NCBI RefSeq assembly: GCF_001194135.2
Contig: NC_069004.1
Span: forward strand, 846,023-892,796
Reading direction: 5' to 3'
Length of the DNA: 46,774 bases
DNA from: Octopus bimaculoides
Taxonomy: Eukaryota
Shown: positions 1-10,500 of the stretch, piece by piece
How the letters are laid out: every line of letters begins with the position of its first letter
Position numbering within the stretch: position 1 is the stretch's first letter
Notes under the pieces: model-generated
What the model was told of the DNA's origin: nothing
The model's database searches: none
Seen by the model: the letters and a program-made list of their open reading frames with translations, nothing else
Made by a program: the position numbers and the translations under genes

Positions 1-1030
1 ATATATATACTTAATATATTAAGATAGAAAAATATTATTAAAAATATCAAAAATTATAAACGTGCCATAATTAACTTTACGTTTATTATAATATAAGCCA
101 GCAGAAATATTACATGCAAAACTAATCCTAACGAAACTTTCGTTTAAAATACAATTTAAACGAAGTTTTAGGTTAAATTAATAGAGATAGAAATAATACT
201 TATCTCAACTAAAAATTTTAGACGCTAATAATTGACATTTATTACGAAAATCCTTGGTTTGTTCAGATATCTGTTCATTTTATTACACCTTGAAAAGTCT
301 ACATGTTCGCTCAACATGCCAAGCAGTAGCCAAACATCCTACAATTCCGTCTTAGAAATAGCATATAAGCGCTAGAGTAAATGTTTTAATAAACACTTAT
401 TGCATCAACATCATTGTATCTTTTACTTAGAGATAAACTACAGCCAAACATTACCACTAACAGTATTTGCCAACAAAAAGATTCCTTCGTGGATTCAATA
501 ATTTTCTAACACACGTGAATGCCATTAAAATGCATTGAGATGTTATAATTTTCAAAACATTTTGAGTTTCAAATTAACTTTAACTACTATTGAATTTTTG
601 TATTGAATTTATGGAGAAAATATTCTAAAATATTGATGCACTCGTGTAATGATTGCTCGAACAATTTCTCCTGAATATGGAATATAATTGGTAACGTTAT
701 AGAAGTTATTTTACAATGGAATCAGTAATAAATGATTAACAATGCAATAAATTTCAATGGAAAGTAAACGTTTGTAAAATTCCACATTACTGGCTCTTCC
801 TGATTTATGCATTAATTTTACCAACTGCATTGGTAAATTAATGTACAAGTCATTAAGTTAAGTAGTAATTATGGCAACTCCATGATGTTTTCCCAAGGTT
901 GCACATTCATACGACATGAATATGACAAAACCACTCTTATTTATTCGTATAAATTTTACTGATTAGCCAAAAATATTGACATAAATTTCCAAATAGAATA
1001 GTAAAATAGCAGATCGTGGTCCTTCCAAAG

Positions 1031-1074
1031 CAGGGGTTCTCAACCCTTTTTTTTTTTTACCTATGAACCCTTCT
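1031..1074 (+). mobile_element. Possible hAT (Charlie-like) element terminus
   Basis: CAGGGGTTCTCAACC, truncated by an N gap; similar termini at 8590-8603 (+) and 33633-33647 (-). Confidence 0.4.
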
Positions 1075-1289
1075 NNNNNNNNNNNNNNNNNNNNNNNNNN
1101 NNNNNNNNNNNNNNNNNNNNNNNNNNNNNNNNNNNNNNNNNNNNNNNNNNNNNNNNNNNNNNNNNNNNNNNNNNNNNNNNNNNNNNNNNNNNNNNNNNNN
1201 NNNNNNNNNNNNNNNNNNNNNNNNNNNNNNNNNNNNNNNNNNNNNNNNNNNNNNNNNNNNNNNNNNNNNNNNNNNNNNNNNNNNNNNNA

Positions 1290-2126
1290 TGTCAACACAA
1301 CATTATCAAGGTAATCCAAATTATTGAAATTCCAACTGAACATCTGAAAAAATTTTAACAGTTAATAAACACTAACAAAAAGAAACGCTTAAATCAAATT
1401 CAACTTCAGTCAATCATTCAACCAAATAGTGACGTCATTGAATAACTAATATACTTTATAATAAAAATAAGAATAAATATAAAAATAGACCCCAAAATAA
1501 AAAATAAACGTATTTGAGAAAAAAATATTCAATTATTGGAGACTTCACAGTGAAGTTACAAATGATGAAATCCAAATAAAAGATAAAAAATACCATACTA
1601 ATTCTATATTTTTTGACAATTTGAAATCGAGATAGAAAAGTAATCTAAAAGAGTAGCATAAAAAATGAGTATTTTTTTATATACAGTCATTGATGACGTC
1701 ACTGAATAACTAAAGAATAAAAACTACAGACAAGAATTCTACTTTATGCTTAATAGAACCTTAGATACTTTACGTCACAATAATTAATTGCTTATTTATT
1801 TAATATAGGAATTAACCTTATTATATAATAATTGAAATAATATATACAATTATTGATGACTTCGCTGGATAACTAAAGATTGGTTCACTAGCATTAATGG
1901 TAAGTTTATTCAGTTGGATATTTCTAATTAGTACTCATTTTTATTTTTATTTTTATTATAAAGTATATTAGTTATTCAATGACGTCACTATTGGTTGAAT
2001 GATTGACTGAAGTTGAATTTGATTTAAGCGCTTCTTTTTGTTAGCGTTTATTAACTGTTAAATTTTTTTCGGATGTTCAGTTGGAATTTCAATAATTCGG
2101 ATTACCTTGATAATGTTGTGTTGACA
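1290..2126. mobile_element. Non-autonomous long-TIR DNA element (MITE/foldback), 837 bp
   Basis: 1290-1470 is the reverse complement of 1947-2126 with about 6 differences in 180 bp. Ends are TGTCAACAC..GTGTTGACA. The right flank is TA and the left flank is nA next to a gap, consistent with a TA target duplication. No ORF. Confidence 0.85.
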
Positions 2127-2552
2127 TATATTTTCGTAGATACTATTATTAAAAAAATTTTAACTTCTTGCCTAGTGCGAATCCATAGCAATATCATATC
2201 TTCTCCACTATTTCAGTATTACGTGTCAAAAGTGAAACAATAACATCTCTATTGTAATGTCAGATATTTTCACTTTAATAGTTTCACGTTCATACTGAAA
2301 CTATTAAAGTGAAACTATTATTAAAGTGAAGCTATTATCTCACATATATACGGGCATACATGCATACATATATACATAAATATATATATATGTATACATC
2401 TGCACAAATGTTATATATATGCATGTATATATATACATGTATATATATAGATGTATATATAAAAGCAGGTAGTAATTTTACCTTCTATTTATTCTTAGTG
2501 CAAGTCTTGAAGAGTGCAGTTCGATTTAAACAGTTATTTCTTCAAAGCTATA

Positions 2553-3277
2553 ATGGAAGTGACAAAGGAGCATATTCGGCATATTTTACTTTTTGTGTTC
2601 AACAAAGGCAACAACGCAACGGAAAGTGCGAGGAATATTAATGCAGTATTTGGGGATCGGACAATAAGCGTAAGCTAGTGTCAACGGTGGTTGCAGAAAT
2701 TCTGAGCTGGAAATTACAGCCTAGAAGACGAGCCTCGTCCTGAAGATCTGTAGAACTTGACGAGGACGTCCTGCAAACCTTGGTGGAACAAAATCCCATC
2801 CAAATCGTTGAGGAACTAGCAGAGAAGCTTGGATTTGTTCATTCAACTAGTCATCGAGGCCAGCGCTAGAAGAAAAACGACCATCTGTAGTTTCAAGACG
2901 AAAGATGTTCTTCCATCAGGATAATGATCGGTCACACAGCGAGGATGACATTCCGAAGGCTGAAGCAGTTTGAATGGGAAACGATGCCCCACCCACCACA
3001 TTCGCTGGACATTGCCCCATCCGATTATCATTTATTCTGCAGTCTTCAAAATCATTTGGACAGAAAAAATATGAATCCTGTACGCGAGGTCTGGAGGAGT
3101 ATTTTCCGTCACGGATAAGTGAATTTTGGAAGCGGGGCCTTGCAAGTTTACCAGATAGATGGAAGAGCACTGTAGAAGATGAAGGAGAGTATATTTTAGA
3201 TTAAAATAGAACTTTGTTTATCTTAATTTTGAAAAATAAAAGTATTAAAAAACCGCATTATTTATGGGATAACCCTA
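2553..3277 (+). mobile_element. Degenerate mariner (DD34D) transposon, internally deleted, right TIR retained
   Basis: HTH region MEVTKEHIRHILLFVFNKGNNATESARNINAVFG with stops. It jumps to FFHQDN..HPPHSLDIAPSDYHLF (D-34-D across a frameshift) and ..SLPDRWKSTVEDEGEYILD*. A terminus-like ..ATGGGATAACCCTA abuts a TA repeat. Confidence 0.92.
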
Positions 3278-3677
3278 TATATATATATATATATATATAT
3301 CGAAGCTCGTCGAAACGCCGGTGTTAAAACGTGGGTAGCTGATGAAGTAGAATGTTCTCTATGTAGCTCGTGTGTTCTCGTCTACGTTTGTTTGCAATGT
3401 CCTGTACCCAGATATGCACCTATACATACAGGTGGATGTCGGTATGCACATACCTGTACGTATATATGCATATACTCATTACTTTTATATATATATATAT
3501 ATATATATACTCACATACACACGTACAGGTGCATGTATTTAAAAGAAATTTAATGATATTGGCTGCTTCAACGTTTCGACGATCTTCAGCCTCGTCAGAT
3601 AACTGGCGAAATCTCGAATTGCCTGACAATGCAATTAAAAATTTTTTTATTACCTGACAACGCTAAATGGGTTTCTA

Positions 3678-3719
<42 letters not shown>

Positions 3720-4377
3720 ATTTGTTTGGTAATCACGGTAATGTGATAAACAATGCTAGTGCGAAAGGGGAAAAGACTCTCTCGTTGTGTGAGTGGCATT
3801 TGAAAAAACTGAGAACAACAAAACATACTGCCTGCTGTCAGTGAGTGAGATGAGCAACAACGAGGGGAGAAGACAGAGGTATAAATGTAAAGTAAGTAGG
3901 AGTACGAAATGGAAGTAGGAGTAGGAGGAGAGTGTTGGCGATGAATAACGAGGCGAAAGAGGAGGAAGAAAGGAAGGAGGAGGAATGGTAGAAAATAACT
4001 AGGAGTATATATAGATGTCGTCCTGTGTATGTATATGTATGTATGTATGTATATGAAATATAAAGGAGGAAGAGGATGAGCGTGAATCAAAGTAGAAGGT
4101 AGAGGAAGGGGAGCCCAGAGAAATAGAAAGAGAAAGGGGAAAACGAGGAATAGGTAGAGGATGGGCAGAGAGAGAGAGAGAAAAATGGGAGAAGGAAGGA
4201 GGAGGCGGGGAAATAGGAGGAGGAAGGGAAGAATGAGGAATGGTTAGAGTAAGGGGAATGCGAGGAGTTGTAGGAGGAGGAACGGCAGGTAGAAGGAGAG
4301 GGGGAACGGAAAAGGGGATGTAAAAGGGGCACAGGAAGGGGAGGAGAAAAGGTGTTTTTGTAGTGATGATGTTAGAG

Positions 4378-4384
4378 CGGAAGT
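4378..4384 (+). promoter_or_regulatory. Candidate ETS/GABP site (CGGAAGT) in a CpG-containing patch about 165 bp upstream of the MORC ATG
   Basis: GAGCGGAAGTCGCG sits at the end of a long purine-rich tract. Motif match only; the TSS is unknown. Confidence 0.3.
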
Positions 4385-4547
4385 CGCGTTGTGTGATAAA
4401 ATAAAAAGAAACATAATAATAAAAAAGAAATATAAGAACAAAAAAAGAAAAGAGAGAAAATGTTTCTCTCAAGGTGTGTAACTCTTCAGTGTTGAGGAAG
4501 GAAAAGTAGAGAGCAACAATAAAACATTTGGTAGGCAACGGTACAAG

Positions 4548-4580
4548 ATGGCTTCAACTCAGGGGATTCAGCTGAGCAAA
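4548..4580 (+). CDS. MORC3: MORC exon 1 ([11 protein letters not shown])
   Basis: ATG in context caagATGg, donor GTTAGT at 4581, phase 0. Resembles the MORC3 N-terminus (RGIRLSA) and joins in frame to exon 2. Confidence 0.8.
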
Positions 4581-7500
4581 GTTAGTAGTGTTTGTTCTAT
4601 TTATTCTATTGTCATCGTCGTTATTAATATTTATGAATTAATATTCGACATTATAGTCCCTACATTTTTCACTGTCTTTAGAAATACATCTTTGTAAACA
4701 TGTTTTTTATGTGTTTTTCTCTATGCAATCGCAGTCCAGTCGACTGAAACTAGTAAATACGTTTATATATATATATATATATATATAAACACAGGCATAT
4801 AGTCATATATATATATATATATATATGACTATATGCCTGTGTTTATATATACACACACGGAGATATATATATATATATACATATTAGTATTTTTTTCGCT
4901 TTACGAAACGTGTTTTTATCTTCCTCCTTTTTTCTTTCTCTCTGTCAATATATTTTTCTCCTGTCCCTCCNNNNNNNNNNGATTATTAGTTTATTTTAGA
5001 TTCTGGTTTGTTTTCATGTTTTCCTTTCTTATCTCTGAATTATTATTTATGCTTATATCATCGTACCGAGAGAAAAAAAAACCATTCTTTTTTCATCACA
5101 AAACTTAAACATCAATAAATATCGAAACTGCATAAAACTTCTCGCGACATGCTTTTGCTGCTAACTTTATTCACGATTCCTGTCCGTCTCTCTAACCAAT
5201 CCATCTCAGATATTTTTTTCATAACGACTGACAGACGAAAGGAATAGTGGAAAGAATAATAAAAGTTGCCATTTCTTTTATTATCGAATGTCTTCTGTTG
5301 TGGCTCTTTGTATCTGATTCCTCTGCTTATGTCTTCTAATGACCATTCTCTCAAGTGTTATTTAAAGTTGCCGGTCCTAGAATAAATCTATTCCTTCACC
5401 AGTCAGGGGAGGCGCTTTGAAAATGATTATCACAAGCATTATCTTCTTTTGATATTCATCTATGATAAGAAGGTTCATTTCACGTAAAATACCTCCGCGT
5501 CCCTCGATAAAAAAAAAAAAACATGCCGACACTTTTCGGACATTTTTCCAGATTTTCGTAAAATATTCGGCCAAGTGATTGCTCTAAATGCACTGGAATA
5601 ACACAAACGGCGAGGTTTTTGGCTGTTTGAAAGTTAAAATTCTTATAGGATTATATGTAATGTAAGCAGAACCAATGAAAGAGCCTCTGTTGATGCTCGT
5701 CTTGTTAGAAACAACAGTTAAATCTCCCTCAAATTATCTGCTGTCCAAAAAAGTGGGACATGCTGGACAATGTAATTCCTGTCATACAAAAAAAGAGAGG
5801 GTAGCCAGGGCTTGAAAGCTTTTCCATCATTTGCCTAACTCAATCATGGCTGACTTGGGACTTTAAAGGTACTGACTTGACGGTGGATTGGTAAAGCTTC
5901 GAATATTGATACACAAAATTTGTAACGCTCAGTCGAGGTTAACTTGAGGGTTAATAAAATAAATGCCGACCGTGGGGCAGGTTCACATTCCTCTAAGACA
6001 ACCTTGATTTGAACAGAATTATTATGAAACTGATTTTAAATAAATTATAATTCTGTACATTTACATAAAATTTCCAGTTCGGCAATGATTTTTAGCGACC
6101 CAACTTTAATTGCGCTGGCAATAAAACAAACAAGGTGAATATCGAAATCTCACGTTAGGAATTCGATGTTGTTTTCCCCCAAACTATTATTATTCATTAT
6201 TATTATCTGAAGTCTGTCTACTATTTCGAGAACAATTTCCTCGAAAATATTTGTCAGCTTCATTCTTTCTCTCTCTCTCTGGTTACATGTTCTGCTTTAT
6301 AGTAATATTTATTAACTGATTCTAGTAGTGAAATACCGTTAGGTGTGCTATCTATACTACAAGTAAAGGTTATTATTTTTGCCCCAGTCAAATCCTTGCA
6401 GGAGCAACACCTACGATTAATTAACTTATTCCTTTTAGGGAGTATCTAAACTTCGTTAACAAATGTGTCCCTTTTTTTTCTTTCAGTTTTTTTTAATCCC
6501 ATTTCAAGACAATTAGAGTATGTTTTGATGGAGTTTTGCTTGTTTCAAACCCTTGTAGGGGCAAGACCTAGGATTAATTAATTACTCTATTTCTTTAGGG
6601 AGTATCTGAAACTTTATTATCAAATCTGCCCTTTTTCTTCCCTCATTTCAAGGCAATGTGTGTTTTGACGGAATTTTGCTTCTATTTCTAGCGGGTCGAG
6701 CGACCATGTGAGGTAGACTTAGCGAAATAGATGGATTGGTCGAATTCTTCAATTTTGTCTATCGATAGAGGGTATTTGTAATGAATTGAATGTATTCTAG
6801 GGTGGTTTTCAATCATTGTTCTTCGTTTTTCCAAAATTTAACTTGAATATTTTTTCATTTTAAATAAATATTTTATATTTATTTTCACTTTTATATTTTT
6901 GTCGCGGGGTGTGGGGTAAAAAATCAAAACACTGTTTTCATTTTTGAATAAGAACTTCTGTCACCTTTCATTATTGTCTGATAATTAAACTTTTTCCCGC
7001 TATCTGGCTCATTAATGACGGTCTGCGAGAAATAACAGCCAAATCTCTATTGAACTACACGTTCGTGATTTTTGGAGAGAGATGTACGTTCAATGATGTA
7101 GTCGTGATTGCACCGTTTTTGTTAGGAGTGGTCACGCTTCCAAGAACTTGGACTTTTCTCAGAGGTATTTCGAAGACAGTCTTTTGGAGAAATGTATGAA
7201 AAGTGAAAATATTTGTGTCTCTGAAAGATTTCTTAGAATTAAGTCATTTGATAAATGATTTTGCAAGTAATGGCAATACAATTTATAAAATGACATTAAA
7301 GACTGTATATGTTATGCCGAGTAGGGGGGGGGGAATCACGTTTTTCTTCCAAAATTTTATCAAATAATGAACTCGATAAAAATAATCGGTGATGTCTTTC
7401 TCTGGTAACTTTTCCCCTTCGATTGAGGTATATAACACACGTGTGTATTCAAAAATCCCTTCATAAATGTAAGTGAAGGCATTAAACAATTAGTGCACTT

Positions 7501-10500
7501 TGGGGTGCATTTCCAATCAGTGCAATTACACTGGCTGGCAGTGGTTATTTAGTTATCGACGGTCGCAAACTTATCCCGCCATTTACTTCTTTCGTCTGGT
7601 CAGTCCTGATAAATCACATCCTTGAACTGGAGACGTTGTTCAGGCCCTGTGCATCCTTTACTTAGTTTGTCCCTTTTTTGAAAGGTTGTGTTTTGAGAAT
7701 CATTCGGTTGCTGTTTGCAGAACATCGATCGATCAGGTACCGGCTACCTTGCTGTTTAGCCCCCGGTCAGACTTTTGCTATGAATTGCATTCCACCCGTC
7801 ACAAAATCTCATGTTGCTTTTATTTTTTATTTTCGAGCACAGTCTAGAACTTGATTAACGTGTGAGTGAAACGAGCTTTGGCTGTTATTTCTAGCTGTTC
7901 GTGTAGTCAGTCTTTTGTTATTTCTTGGATGTTCAAATGCCATTTGGGGAAATCCATGAGGTTCTGTGTCAGGGAATCTCTACGTGGAAGCTTGATCTGC
8001 GAGAAATTCCAGCCAAGAAGGACACCTGAGTCTGAATGAAAGATAAAATTATCATAGTTGGAATGCTTTTGGTGGTACTGGTTGTACTCGGTCATCGCTG
8101 ACACAGGGTTAAACAACAACAGCATGAAGTTCTGTTGTATCTAGTTCCATATATACACTCTGTGGGTTCAAATCCCGTTGGGAGTTTAACTTTTATTATA
8201 TTCCATAGAACAAATATCAAAAGTAAATAGCAAGCATCATCTCCTGTAGTTGACGACACAAATGGTTTTATACCATTTCCCTGCTAAATTTTTTTGTTTA
8301 TCTTTTACTTGTTTAAGTTATTGAACTCCGGCCATACTGGTGCACCGCCTTGAAGGGTTTAGTCGAACAAATTGAAACACCCCCCCCCCCNNNNNNNNNN
8401 GATCTCTTTCGATTTTTTTTTCTTTTGCCGAACCGCCAAGGGGATGTAAACAAACCAACACTGCTTGTCAGGCTGATGGAGGGTGGGTATATAAAATCAG
8501 TGGCACCCATACACACACACACACATGTAGGTGTTATCTAACGCTAAACGAATTAATCCTAACCCAGATCATGTCATTTCATTGTAGACCAGGGTTTCTC
8601 AACTAGGCTCTATATAGCCCTTAGGGGTTCACATGGCTCGTGGGAGGGGGGGGTCATTGAAGATTTTGTTGTTTAAATTTATGAGCGATAAATTGGTTTT
8701 ACTTCTACAATACAACTATTTATGGGACCTCGAAGACCACTGGAAGGGAGGTATTCTCAACCCTGAGGCTTGACCGAATGGAGTGTGCTGAAAGGGCTCC
8801 ACATGGTACCTGGTGGTGAAACTAGATTTTTGCACCACTTTTCCCACTCTTCTATCCATAGATATTGCACTTCTCTTCATGCACCGCATCTATCCGATAC
8901 CTGTTAGTTTGCATAGAAATCCCCTTCAGACTCTCGAGCTCCTTTGATTCCTTTTCGTCACCAATGAAAGAATAACGAGCGATAGGAAGAGGATTTCACT
9001 GCTACTCTTTCAATTAGACATTCCTTGCTTCACATGCATTTCATTGAGGTTGTGTCACAATCATTTTGCATAACTGAGCCATCAAGTAATTCGTGTACTT
9101 GTATCTTCATTAGGTTCCAGTCAGTCATTGTTGCCTGATAATTGAGTCTTCTCTGCAAGAGCCTCTTCATTAGCATGACCAAATTGATTCCATTCATGTT
9201 GAAATTCCCAAATTTTCATTTTATTTTTTTTTTCATTAAAATTTATGTTTGAAGCAGTAAACATTTGCAGTATGACATACTTTTTGAATTGTTAAATGCT
9301 ATGTAGCAGTGGTACTTCATCCAGGGGAAACCCTTTTAAAGACGTAGGGTTTAAAAACACAGCATACCTCAAAGATAGGTGAAACAGAATTGGCCCCAGA
9401 AGTGAATGACAGTGACAGATATCGATATTTCATGGTCATGAAATATCGATATCAATCAGTCATTCGCTTCTGGGGTGATTTTCTTTCACTTATCTTTCGT
9501 GTTTGCTGTGTTTTTGTCATTTCTTCAGCTTTTCCCTTTTTACGACTTCTCTCCCTCTCTCTCCATTTTTTTTTTTTATTGTCAATAATGTCTTCTTTTC
9601 CTTTGGTGGGACTGTTTTTCATCTATTATATGTAAAGTTATCCAGATGGACACTGAACATTGTAATAATGGTCAGTTATATCAGTTAATTTTGCTTTGTC
9701 GATTGCATCAAAATTGCCTGATATGGACAAAGTAACAACAACAACAAAAAAGAAAAAACAAGGAAGAAATTGAAGTGGTCTTATGTTCTGGGGAGAAAAG
9801 ATTCCACACCAGGTTGCATGTAGGAGTTCAAAAGATAGATTACGATAGGGGTCAATATGAGACTAACCAGCTTGAAGGAGCAGAGAACACTGTTGTAGCA
9901 GTAAAAACAAAATGGAGAGGATACAGCAGGTTGGAATTTGGTTGTTGAGTGACTCCATGCTAGGTTTTGTTTGCATGTTTTACTTCTTTTCTCTCTCAAT
10001 TCTTTTACATTGATTTGCTTTGTCGTATTTACTTGTTGATGTTGTTGTTGTTGACAGGTGAGCCCCTCGTTTTTGCAAGCCAACTCAACTAGTCACACAT
10101 GGACGTTCAGTGCGATGGCCGAGCTCATCGGTAAGTCAGGTTCTCTCCTAACCTCATCGTTGCATTTATGAACTTGAAATTTGCCAATTCTGATTCCAGA
10201 TAATTTAGGTTACAACAGACGTCCGTGTAAAACAAATTAGCAGCAATTGGATCTTCTCCGTACTTGGCAATTGAAGGTTAATTTGCCAATTACTGAATTG
10301 ATTTTTCACTGTTAGAGGTGAACAAATACTTGGTAGCACAGGCCATTCCGCCCGACCATTTGACCGTGGGGGAATATGGTGGCATGGTTTTATGTTCAGT
10401 TTGGAACATCTGACAGAAATCTCTGAATTGAGATCCTGTGAATTATGTCCTATTATCGGATACAATGATATCTGGCATACCATATCGAGCAAATATGTCA

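Noticed and set aside
600-960. Weak impression of a hAT transposase fragment on the minus strand
   Set aside because: Too many stops and no unambiguous motif to support a call.
3300-3360. Hammerhead-ribozyme-like words (CGAAAC, CTGATGA); similar partial cores near 21258, 31995 and 33050
   Set aside because: Stems I-III and the cleavage triplet cannot be completed consistently in any case; at most decayed Penelope-like remnants.
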